From positions 2,205-66,204 of the forward strand of contig JANXRZ010000102.1 of the NCBI GenBank assembly GCA_025352885.1: 64,000 nucleotides of DNA. The letters run 5' to 3'. This stretch comes from Pseudomonadota bacterium. Lineage in GTDB: Bacteria; Pseudomonadota; Gammaproteobacteria; Burkholderiales; SG8-39. Every line of letters begins with the position of its first letter. Position 1 is the first letter of the stretch. Below the pieces are notes generated by a model, which did no database searches, was not told the DNA's origin, and was given only the letters and a program-made list of their open reading frames with translations. The translations under genes were made by a program, and so were the position numbers. Below are positions 19,388 through 27,520 of the stretch, piece after piece.

Positions 19388-20121
19388 AGCGCGGACTCCT
19401 CAGCAGGCGGCTGCCCTGGCTTCTTCTCGCTGCTTTCGGGCGCGGCATCGGGATCCTTGGGCGCTGCGACCGGACCGGCCGCCTCTTCTGCCGCCTTTGC
19501 GCGGGACGAGAGGCTTTGGAACACATGGAAGAACTCGTCCGGGAAACCATGCGCCAGGCGCCACGTGAGTTCCATCCAGTCGTGGTCGGTGACTTCGTCA
19601 AGGCCGACGCCGCCCTTGGGCAACTGGAAGTGATCCTCGCGGACCGTGTCTTCCTCTTCGTCCTTGGGCGTGCGCTCTTCATCGATCACGACGAAGCTGC
19701 CCGTGTTCTTGAAGATTGTCACCTCCTCGAAACGCTCGTCGAGGTAGTCGGCGAGCACCTCGAGGCCGAGGTCTTTCTCCGACAGGGCGCCGATGAAGTC
19801 GTCTGGGTCGACGTCATCGCGGAAGATCACCGAATTGATGAGCGAACGCAGCCGGTCGCGATTACGCTCGGCGTAAAGCCTTTCCATGATGACTGCGTCG
19901 GCAAACTGCTTGGGCGTCACCAGGAGGTTGATGACCGAAGGCTTGGCCGAGTCGTACTCGCGGATGATGGCGAGAAGATCTTTTGGCGCGAGCTCATCGA
20001 GCACGGTCACGAGCGCCGTGTCGCCTTCAGTTTCGACGAGGTCGACGAGCGCCGACTCCGCCGCGCTGATGTCGCCGGCATGGATGAGGGCTGAGGCCTT
20101 CAAGACTACGGGGTGGGACAT
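19384..20121 (-). CDS. Hypothetical acidic protein (245 aa) with a Pro/Ala/Glu-rich C-terminal tail; no family recognised
   Basis: The ATG at 20121 has AGAGG upstream. Codon usage is consistent with neighbouring genes. Confidence 0.65.
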   Translation of the reverse strand: MSHPVVLKASALIHAGDISAAESALVDLVETEGDTALVTVLDELAPKDLLAIIREYDSAKPSVINLLVTPKQFADAVIMERLYAERNRDRLRSLINSVIFRDDVDPDDFIGALSEKDLGLEVLADYLDERFEEVTIFKNTGSFVVIDEERTPKDEEEDTVREDHFQLPKGGVGLDEVTDHDWMELTWRLAHGFPDEFFHVFQSLSSRAKAAEEAAGPVAAPKDPDAAPESSEKKPGQPPAEESAL

Positions 20122-20142
20122 GGTGTACCTCTGGATCCTTGG

Positions 20143-20688
20143 TCAGCTTCGGCGATCGAAGCCTTGGTCGCTCAGATAATCTTCGCCGGCATCGCCCAGG
20201 TCGTCCCCGGAGCCGTCGTCGTCGTCGTCGTTGTTATTGCTTACTTCGCCGGGCTCCTTGGGCTCCGACGCAGCTTCAGCTTCGGCAACGTCCGCGGGAC
20301 CCGGTGAGGACAGGATGTATTCCAGCCCCGCGGCGAGCAGCATTAATTGTTCGCCGCCCGGCGCAGACAGGGCTTGCGTCGCCAGCTTGCCCGCCCAGGG
20401 CTCGAGCTCGAGCGCGGCCGCGACCGTCTCCCACGACGCGAAGTTTTCGGGCTGCGCCGAAACCAGGCTTTCCAATACGGCCTTGTCCTTGAACTTGAAG
20501 CCGCGATGGAAGGCGGGCGCGACCATCTCGGGAGCGGACTCGCTCATGGGCAGGAGCTGCGCAAACTGGTCGCGCTTTACCTTGAGGCGCGAGGCGAGAA
20601 CGTCGTCGCCGCCCGAGTCGTACCTGAGGTCCTCGATTTCGTAGCCGTAGCTCGACGACAGTTCCTTGAAGAACCGGGAGAGCTTCAT
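20143..20688 (-). CDS. Hypothetical acidic protein (181 aa) with a poly-Asn/Asp C-terminal tail; no family recognised
   Basis: The ATG at 20688 overlaps the stop of the J-domain gene (ATGA). The tail is NNNDDDDDGSGDDLGDAGEDY. Confidence 0.65.
   Translation of the reverse strand: MKLSRFFKELSSSYGYEIEDLRYDSGGDDVLASRLKVKRDQFAQLLPMSESAPEMVAPAFHRGFKFKDKAVLESLVSAQPENFASWETVAAALELEPWAGKLATQALSAPGGEQLMLLAAGLEYILSSPGPADVAEAEAASEPKEPGEVSNNNDDDDDGSGDDLGDAGEDYLSDQGFDRRS
20215..20229. repeat. (GTC)5 trinucleotide run encoding the poly-Asp tract
   Basis: Read directly: gtcgtcgtcgtcgtc, followed by gttgttatt. Confidence 0.9.
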
Positions 20689-20963
20689 GAGAGTGCCGCC
20701 TTGAGGTAGGCGCTCCAGATTTCGCGTGCCGTCTCGATCGGATGCTCGATCAGGCTGCGCCGGCGGTTCTCGTCGTAGGCGCGGCGGCGTTCCGTGTCGG
20801 ACAGCACATCGTAGGCTTCCTGCAGGTCCTGGAACTCGGCATGCGCGCGGATGTCGGGGTTGCGGTCCGGGTGAAGGGCGGATGCACGCTTGCGATAGGC
20901 GCCCTTGATCTCGGTGAGCGTTGCGGCCGGCTGGAGCCCAATGATGCGGTAATAGTCCTTCAT
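20685..20963 (-). CDS. J-domain-only protein (DnaJ-like co-chaperone, 92 aa)
   Basis: J-domain motifs DYYRIIGL, YRKRASALHPDRN (HPD motif), FQDLQEAYDVLSD and RRAYD. AGGAAA RBS lies upstream. Confidence 0.88.
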   Translation of the reverse strand: MKDYYRIIGLQPAATLTEIKGAYRKRASALHPDRNPDIRAHAEFQDLQEAYDVLSDTERRRAYDENRRRSLIEHPIETAREIWSAYLKAALS

Positions 20964-21054
20964 CGCTTTCCTGGTGGGACAATCTCAAACATTTATTAAT
21001 GTAGAGGCAATAACCGCGCGGCGTTCAAGCCAATATACTTTCCTAAAACGGCAA

Positions 21055-21600
21055 TTAGCGTGCCGAGTCCGGAAGGGCTTGCTCACGCAGAGACCGCCTG
21101 AATACTTCGGCCCGCTCGGCGTAGCCGTGCGAGATTTCCAGCACCCGCGCCTGCTCCTCGGCGGTCAGGTCCCGCACGACTTTGGCGGGCGAACCCATTG
21201 CCAGGACGCCCGCCGGGATGTCCTTGCCTTCGGCTACCAGGCTGTTGGCCCCGATAAGCGTGCCGGCCCCGATCCGCGCGCCGTTCAGGATCACGGTGTT
21301 GATCCCGACCAGCGTCCCGTCGCCCACCGCGCACCCATGCAGCATCGCCTTGTGGCCTATCGTCACGTTCCGCCCGAGCCGCATCGGGAATCCCGGATCC
21401 ACGTGCAGGACAGACCCGTCCTGCACGTTGGTGGCCTCGCCGATGGTGACCTGGTCGTTGTCGGCGCGGATGACTACGCCGAACCAGATGCTCACGTCGT
21501 TGTCCAACGCGATCGAGCCGGCAAGGGTGGCATTGTGGGCAATGTAGTGGCGGTCCCCGCGAAATTCAATGCGGCGCTCGCCAATGGAGAAAATCGGCAT
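21055..21600 (-). CDS. Gamma carbonic anhydrase-family / hexapeptide-repeat protein (YrdA/PaaY-like)
   Basis: Left-handed beta-helix repeats from MPIFSIGERRIE onward, plus VTIGHKAMLHGC. The upstream part of the 481-aa track ORF is a shadow extension. Confidence 0.88.
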   Translation of the reverse strand: MPIFSIGERRIEFRGDRHYIAHNATLAGSIALDNDVSIWFGVVIRADNDQVTIGEATNVQDGSVLHVDPGFPMRLGRNVTIGHKAMLHGCAVGDGTLVGINTVILNGARIGAGTLIGANSLVAEGKDIPAGVLAMGSPAKVVRDLTAEEQARVLEISHGYAERAEVFRRSLREQALPDSAR

Positions 21601-21681
21601 GATCGGACGGGTTCCAGGGTGGCCGGGGCCGCCATCATACCGGCACCCAAGCCCCCACCCGCTGCTATCATCGCGCCCGCC

Positions 21682-22563
21682 ATGCGCCAGAGCGACTCCA
21701 CTTTCCATGACATCCGCGGCCTGCGTTATCACGTGCGGCACTGGCCCGGCGACCCGGCGCGCAAAGTGGTTTTGCTGCATGGCTGGATGGACGTGTCGGC
21801 CTCCTTTCAGTTCCTGGTCGACGCGCTCGACCCTCGGTGGGACGTTTACGCCCCCGACTGGCGGGGCTACGGGCTCACCGACTGGGTGAAGGCGGACAGC
21901 TATTGGTTCCATGACTACGTGGCGGATCTCGACCAGGTGCTGGAGCGCATCCAGCCCGATGCGCCCCTCAACGTAATCGGGCACAGCCTTGGCGGCAATG
22001 TGGCTTCGATCTACGCGGGCACTCGCCCGGAGCGGGTCGCGAGGTTCGTGAACCTCGAAGGCTTCGGGATGTCCCGCAACAAGCCGGAGCAAGCACCGGC
22101 TCGCCTGGTGCGATGGCTCGGCGAATTGCGCAACCCGCCTGCGCTGCGGCCTTACGCGAGTTTCTCCGCTCTCGCCGACCGGTTGCAGAAGAACAACCCG
22201 CGCCTGCTGCGCGAGCGTGCCGAATTTCTCGCCCGTCACTGGGGGAAGGAGACGCCTGACGGGCGCGTCGAGCTTCGAAGCGACCCCGCGCACAAGATCG
22301 TGAACGCAACGCTCTCTCGCTACGAGGAAATGGTCGAGTTCTGGCGCCGCGTGGCCGCGCCAGTGCTCTGGGTCGATGCCGCCGAATCGAAAACGCTCCA
22401 GCAGATCGGCATCGATTCGGAGGACTACGCGAGCCGCCGCGCGGCGTATAAGACGTTGCGCTACCAAACCGTGCAGGAGGCCGGTCACATGCTGCATCAC
22501 GACCAGCCGGAAAAGGTGGCGAAGCTGATCGACGCATTCCTGAACGAAGACCTCCCCGGCTGA
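21682..22563 (+). CDS. Alpha/beta-fold hydrolase
   Basis: Motifs VVLLHGWMD and nucleophile elbow GHSLGG, plus a C-terminal AGHMLHHDQP. Confidence 0.85.
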   Translation: MRQSDSTFHDIRGLRYHVRHWPGDPARKVVLLHGWMDVSASFQFLVDALDPRWDVYAPDWRGYGLTDWVKADSYWFHDYVADLDQVLERIQPDAPLNVIGHSLGGNVASIYAGTRPERVARFVNLEGFGMSRNKPEQAPARLVRWLGELRNPPALRPYASFSALADRLQKNNPRLLRERAEFLARHWGKETPDGRVELRSDPAHKIVNATLSRYEEMVEFWRRVAAPVLWVDAAESKTLQQIGIDSEDYASRRAAYKTLRYQTVQEAGHMLHHDQPEKVAKLIDAFLNEDLPG

Positions 22564-23396
22564 TGGACGTCGACCTGCATTCGCATTCCGTCGTTTCGGA
22601 TGGCGCCCTCCGGCCGGCGGAGGTAGTGGCGCGAGCTGCCGCGAACGGTGTGAACCTCATGGCGCTGACCGACCATGACGAGATCGGCGGGCTCGATGAG
22701 GCGAGGCGGGCGGCCGCGATGGCCGGCATCCGATTCGTGGACGGGGTCGAGATTTCCGTGACGTGGCGGGGTACGACCGTGCATATCGTGGGGCTGTGCA
22801 TCGACCCGGCCGACTCAACGCTCGCAGGCGGACTCGAATCGGTCAGGAGCGGCCGCGTGGAGCGCGCCCGCCGCATCGGCGAGCAACTGGAAGAGGCCGG
22901 AATCCCGGGGACGTTCGAAGGCGCGCTGACCCACGCGGGAAACCGCGCGATGGTTGGACGGACGCATTTCGCGCGCTACCTCGCGGAGATCGGCGTCGTG
23001 CCGGACGTCAAGGCGGTCTTCAAGCGCTACCTGGTTCCGGGAAAGCCCGGCTACGTGCCCCACGAATGGACGGACCTCGCGTCGGCGGTTGGCTGGATAC
23101 GCGCCGCCCGCGGTCGCGCGGTCGTCGCGCATCCGGGTCGCTATGGGCTGTCCGCCGACGCGCTCGACGCGCTGCTAGTTGAATTCCGTGCAGCCGGCGG
23201 CGAAGCGATCGAGGTTGTCACCGGCAGTCATTCGCCGGACCAGTATTCGCTGTTCGCGGCAATCGCGCAGAAGCATGGCTTCCTGGCCTCGCGTGGTTCG
23301 GACTTCCATGCGCCGGGCGACTACCGTGCCGATTTCGGCAAGCTCCCGCCTCTGCCGCACCGTCTCACACCGGTGTGGCACGACTGGCAGGTCTAG
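22563..23396 (+). CDS. PHP-domain phosphoesterase (TrpH/YciV, RNase AM-like)
   Basis: Motifs DLHSHSVVSDG and LTDHD. It is adjacent to a yciO-like gene, as in E. coli. Confidence 0.85.
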   Translation: MDVDLHSHSVVSDGALRPAEVVARAAANGVNLMALTDHDEIGGLDEARRAAAMAGIRFVDGVEISVTWRGTTVHIVGLCIDPADSTLAGGLESVRSGRVERARRIGEQLEEAGIPGTFEGALTHAGNRAMVGRTHFARYLAEIGVVPDVKAVFKRYLVPGKPGYVPHEWTDLASAVGWIRAARGRAVVAHPGRYGLSADALDALLVEFRAAGGEAIEVVTGSHSPDQYSLFAAIAQKHGFLASRGSDFHAPGDYRADFGKLPPLPHRLTPVWHDWQV

Positions 23397-23397
23397 C

Positions 23398-24033
23398 GTG
23401 GCGCAGTTCTTCAGCATCCATCCGACTCACCCGCAGCAGCGGCTCGTCAGGCAGGCGGCGCAAATCGTCCGGGAGGGCGGGCTTATCGCCTATCCAACAG
23501 ACTCCTGCTATGCGCTCGGCTGCCACATCGGCGACAAGGAAGCGATGGACCGCCTGCGCCAAGTCCGCGGCATGGACGACAAGCACCATCTCACGCTCAT
23601 GTGCCGGGACCTTTCCGAAATCGCGACTTATGCGATCGTCGACAACACGCACTACCGCCTCATGAAGGCGGCCACGCCGGGCAGCTACACGTTCATCCTG
23701 CGCGCGACCCGCGAGGTCCCGCGACGGCTCCTGCATCCCAAGCGTCGGACGATCGGCGTGCGCGTCCCGCAGCACCCGGTCGCGCATGCGCTTCTCGCCG
23801 AACTTGGCGAGCCGATGCTCTCGGCAACGCTGCAGCTCCCAGGCGATGACACGCCGTTTTCGGAAGGCAATGAAATCCGGGAGCGGCTCGAGCACCAACT
23901 CGACCTGGTCGTCGATTCGGGGCACTGCGGCATCATGCCGAGCACCGTGATCGACCTGACCTCCGATGTGCCGGTCGTGATACGGGTGGGCAGTGGTCCG
24001 GTGGAAGCCCTGGGACTCGAAACGAGAGGCTGA
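23398..24033 (+). CDS. yciO: YciO / L-threonylcarbamoyladenylate synthase (Sua5/YrdC)-family protein
   Basis: Motifs YPTDSCYALGC, KHHLTLMC and YTFIL. GTG start is 2 nt after the upstream stop. Confidence 0.85.
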   Translation: MAQFFSIHPTHPQQRLVRQAAQIVREGGLIAYPTDSCYALGCHIGDKEAMDRLRQVRGMDDKHHLTLMCRDLSEIATYAIVDNTHYRLMKAATPGSYTFILRATREVPRRLLHPKRRTIGVRVPQHPVAHALLAELGEPMLSATLQLPGDDTPFSEGNEIRERLEHQLDLVVDSGHCGIMPSTVIDLTSDVPVVIRVGSGPVEALGLETRG

Positions 24034-24126
24034 TCGGGTCGCTCGATTCGAAGTAAAAGGCCGGCCGCAGGGCCGGTCGCCGGGTCCCATCTGTTAAAAT
24101 CCACGGATCAGGCAATTCACCCGGCG

Positions 24127-24780
24127 ATGGAAATCAATCAACTCGTACAGACCATTGCCATCTATGCACTGCCCGTGCTTTTTGCGATTACGCTGCACGA
24201 GGCGGCGCATGGGTTCGTGGCCCGCCATTTCGGCGACATGACGGCGTTCGCGCAGCGGCGCATCAGTCTCAACCCGATGCGGCACGTCGACCTTGTGGGG
24301 ACTGTCCTGGTGCCGCTGGCTATCCTGCTCGCCTCAGGTGGACGGTTCCTCTTCGGCTGGGCAAAGCCCGTCCCGGTGAATTACTCGGCGTTGCGCAAGC
24401 CCAAGCAGCACATGACCCTCGTCGCGGCGGCAGGCCCTGCGGCGAACCTCACGATGGCCATCGGATGGGCCCTGCTCCTCAAGCTCGGCATGGCGCTGCC
24501 CGAAAGCAGCTACTCGGAGCCGATGGTGCGCATGGCAGAGGCGGGGGTGCGGGTCAACCTGATCTTCATGCTCCTGAACCTGTTGCCGATCCTGCCGCTC
24601 GATGGCGGGCGAATCCTCGCCGGCTTGTTGCCGAACCGCGTGTCGGGCCAATACTCACGCCTCGAGCCGTGGGGGCTTCCGCTGCTGCTGGTGCTGGTCG
24701 TGACCAACGTGCTGGACGGCCTGCTCGGGCCGCTCGTGATGTATTCCGAATCGCTGATCCACGCATTCGTGTCCCTCTAG
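24127..24780 (+). CDS. Site-2 protease-family (M50) membrane metalloprotease
   Basis: Motifs HEAAHG and NLLPILPLDGG, with multiple hydrophobic segments. Confidence 0.85.
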   Translation: MEINQLVQTIAIYALPVLFAITLHEAAHGFVARHFGDMTAFAQRRISLNPMRHVDLVGTVLVPLAILLASGGRFLFGWAKPVPVNYSALRKPKQHMTLVAAAGPAANLTMAIGWALLLKLGMALPESSYSEPMVRMAEAGVRVNLIFMLLNLLPILPLDGGRILAGLLPNRVSGQYSRLEPWGLPLLLVLVVTNVLDGLLGPLVMYSESLIHAFVSL

Positions 24781-24796
24781 AGTCGACCGTCGAACA

Positions 24797-25999
24797 ATGT
24801 ACGAACCTAGAGTCCTTTCCGGAATGCGCCCGACCGGCGCGCTGCACCTGGGCCACTACCATGGCGTGCTCAAGAACTGGGTGCGGCTGCAGGCGGAGTA
24901 TCCGTGCCTCTTCTTCGTTGCCGATTGGCATGCGCTGACGACCAACTACGACGAGACGGGCTCGATCGAGCAGAACACCTGGGACATGGTCGTCGACTGG
25001 CTGGCCGCGGGCATCGACCCGGCCCAGGCGACGCTGTTCATCCAGTCGCAGGTGCCCGAGCATGCGGAGCTCCACCTGCTGTTGTCGATGATCACGCCGC
25101 TTGGCTGGCTCGAGCGCGTCCCGACTTACAAGGACCAGCAGGAAAAGCTCTCGAACAAGGACCTGTCGACTTACGGCTTTCTCGGCTACCCGCTCCTCCA
25201 GTCGGCCGATATCCTGATCTATCGCGCGAACATGGTGCCCGTCGGCGAAGACCAGGTGCCGCACGTGGAGTTCACGCGCGAAGTGGCGCGGCGCTTCAAC
25301 CACCTTTATGGCCGCGAGCCGGGGTTCGAGGACAAGGCCAAGGCCGCAGTCAAGAAGATGGGCAGCAAGAAGGCGCGGCTTTTCAACGAGCTGCGCACGA
25401 AGTTCCTGGAGCAGGGCGACGAGGATGCATTGGGTTCGGCCCGGGTGCTGCTCGAAGAAACGCAAAATCTGCCGCGCGGAGATCTCGAAAGGTTGTTCGG
25501 GTGGCTCGAGGGCAGCGGAAAGAAAATCCTCGTCGAGCCCGACGCGTTGCTCACCGAAGCCGCACGCCTGCCCGGGCTCGATGGCCAGAAGATGTCGAAG
25601 TCGTACGGCAACGACATCTCATTGCGCGAGGACGCGGCCTCCGTGACGAAGAAGATCCGCACGATGCCCACCGATCCGGCGCGGGTGAAGCGTACGGATC
25701 CGGGCAATCCTGAAATGTGCCCGGTCTGGCAACTGCATCTTGTCTACTCGGACGATGCGCGCAAGGACTGGGTGCGCAAGGGCTGCACCACCGCGGGCAT
25801 CGGGTGCCTCGAGTGCAAGCAGCCGGTGATCGACGCGGTGCTCGCCGAACAGGCGCCCATGCGCGAGCGCGCGCAGGTCTACCTCGACGATCCAACGCTC
25901 GTGAAGAACATCATCGCCGACGGCTGCGAGAAGGCCCGGCGCCTCGCGGTGGAAACGATGCGTGAGGTGCGTGAAGCTATGGGACTGGCGGCCTCCTGA
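24797..25999 (+). CDS. trpS: Tryptophan--tRNA ligase (long form with an insertion before KMSKS)
   Basis: Motifs SGMRPTGALHLGHY, GEDQ and KMSKSYGN. Confidence 0.95.
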   Translation: MYEPRVLSGMRPTGALHLGHYHGVLKNWVRLQAEYPCLFFVADWHALTTNYDETGSIEQNTWDMVVDWLAAGIDPAQATLFIQSQVPEHAELHLLLSMITPLGWLERVPTYKDQQEKLSNKDLSTYGFLGYPLLQSADILIYRANMVPVGEDQVPHVEFTREVARRFNHLYGREPGFEDKAKAAVKKMGSKKARLFNELRTKFLEQGDEDALGSARVLLEETQNLPRGDLERLFGWLEGSGKKILVEPDALLTEAARLPGLDGQKMSKSYGNDISLREDAASVTKKIRTMPTDPARVKRTDPGNPEMCPVWQLHLVYSDDARKDWVRKGCTTAGIGCLECKQPVIDAVLAEQAPMRERAQVYLDDPTLVKNIIADGCEKARRLAVETMREVREAMGLAAS

Positions 26000-26832
26000 T
26001 GACAACTCCGGTCTCCCAGGCAGACATGCCGCTCGAAGACGCGGCGCCCGAGGAGGCGCACGTCGCCATGATCTACGGCGAGCGGCTGATCCAGCTGCCG
26101 CTCGATCTCTACATCCCGCCGGACGCGCTCGAAGTCTTCCTCGATGCATTCGAGGGGCCGCTCGACCTCCTGCTGTACCTCATACGCAAGCAGAACCTGG
26201 ATGTCCTCGATATCGCGATGGCGCCGCTTACGCGTCAGTATCTCGAGTATGTGGAAGCCGCGCGCGCCAAGAACCTCGAGCTCGCGGCCGATTACCTCGT
26301 CATGGCGGCCATGCTGATCGAAATCAAGTCGCGGATGCTGTTGCCGCGTCCGCCGTCCGTCGCGGGGGAAGAAGAGGATCCGCGCGCAGAGCTCGTGCGC
26401 AGGCTGCTGGAGTACGAGCAAATGAAAAAAGCCGCGCGCAAGCTCGATGAGCTTCCGCAGGTCGGCCGGGACGTGATGGCGGTATCGGTCTGGATCGAAC
26501 GTACCGTCACGGAAAGGCTGCCCGATGTAAACGCGCAAGACCTGGCCGAGGCCTGGAGGTCGCTCCTGCACCGCGCAAGGCTCTCGGCCCATCACCACGT
26601 CACCAAGGAGCAGCTTTCCGTCAGGGAGTACATGTCGCTGATCCTGCGCCAGCTGAACGAGGCGGGCCTTCGCGAATTCACCGAGTTGTTCGATGTCCGC
26701 AGGGGCGCGCCGATCCTCGTGGTGACCTTCATTGCGCTCCTGGAACTGGTGCGCGAATCGCTCGTGGAAATCACCCAATCGGAATGCTTCGCCCCGATTT
26801 ACGTAAAATTGGCCAATGCTCAATCCCACTGA
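25999..26832 (+). CDS. scpA: Segregation and condensation protein A
   Basis: Motif FEGPLDLLLYLIRKQNLDV, with scpB immediately downstream. Confidence 0.92.
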   Translation: MTTPVSQADMPLEDAAPEEAHVAMIYGERLIQLPLDLYIPPDALEVFLDAFEGPLDLLLYLIRKQNLDVLDIAMAPLTRQYLEYVEAARAKNLELAADYLVMAAMLIEIKSRMLLPRPPSVAGEEEDPRAELVRRLLEYEQMKKAARKLDELPQVGRDVMAVSVWIERTVTERLPDVNAQDLAEAWRSLLHRARLSAHHHVTKEQLSVREYMSLILRQLNEAGLREFTELFDVRRGAPILVVTFIALLELVRESLVEITQSECFAPIYVKLANAQSH

Positions 26833-27520
26833 AGCCAAACGCATCATCGAAGCGGCGTTGCTTGCCTCGCAGGAGCCCGTTCCGCTCAATGGGATCCGCC
26901 GGCTGTTCGAGGAAGACATCGGCCCCGACACCTTGCGCCGCCTGCTCGGCGAGTTGCGCGAGGAATGGACTGGACGCTCGGTAGAGCTGGTGAACCTGGC
27001 CACGGGCTGGCGGTTCCAGACGCGCCCCGAGTTCCAGAAATTCGTCGACCGCCTGATCCCCGACAAGGCTCCCCGGTATTCGCGCGCGGTCATGGAAACG
27101 CTTGCCATCATTGCCTACCGCCAGCCGGTGACGCGAGGCGACATCGAGGACATCCGCGGTGTGGCGGTGTCCGCGCAGATCGTGCAGTCGCTTGAAAATC
27201 GAGGCTGGATCGACGTAGTCGGCCACCGCGAGGCACCGGGCCGCCCGGCGCTGTATGCCACCACGAAATCCTTCCTCGACGACCTTGGCCTGCGCTCGCT
27301 GCAGGAATTGCCGCCGCTAGAGGAAGTCGCCAGGACATTGCCCCTTGAGCCAACGCAACCAGCAGAAACCGGCGGCGAAGCCGCCCAAGTCAGCGAAGCC
27401 GCCCAAGCCAGCGAAGCCGCCCAGGCCGGCGAAGACAGCGAGCCAGAACAAGACGCACCAGAGGAAGGCGCGCCCGAACTCGCCGTTGCGTCCCCCGAGG
27501 CGGGCACAAGCAGCCACTGA
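26816..27520 (+). CDS. scpB: Segregation and condensation protein B with a repetitive acidic C-terminal tail
   Basis: Motifs IIEAALLAS, SRAVMETLAIIAYRQPVTRGDIE and GRPALYATT. The tail is EAAQVSEAAQASEAAQAGE. Confidence 0.92.
   Translation: MLNPTEAKRIIEAALLASQEPVPLNGIRRLFEEDIGPDTLRRLLGELREEWTGRSVELVNLATGWRFQTRPEFQKFVDRLIPDKAPRYSRAVMETLAIIAYRQPVTRGDIEDIRGVAVSAQIVQSLENRGWIDVVGHREAPGRPALYATTKSFLDDLGLRSLQELPPLEEVARTLPLEPTQPAETGGEAAQVSEAAQASEAAQAGEDSEPEQDAPEEGAPELAVASPEAGTSSH

Noticed and set aside
16362-20963. Calling the YcaO locus a RiPP/TOMM (azoline, thioamide) biosynthetic gene cluster
   Set aside because: The YcaO is the long E. coli type. There is no E1-like/Ocin-ThiF or TfuA partner, no dehydrogenase, no exporter, and no short Cys/Ser/Thr-rich precursor ORF. 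It is kept as an uncharacterised system rather than labelled a RiPP cluster.
24059-24076. GC hairpin CCGGCC-GCAG-GGCCGG after the yciO-like gene as an intrinsic terminator
   Set aside because: No T-tract follows the stem, so it was not annotated as a terminator. The nearby TGTTAAAAT (24092-24100) may be an extended -10 for the M50 protease gene, but it has no supporting -35.
24797-25999. A 400-aa TrpS with a ~60-aa insertion before KMSKS as an anomaly
   Set aside because: From memory, long-form TrpS of this size is common in this bacterial group. All catalytic motifs are intact, so this is probably lineage-typical rather than novel.
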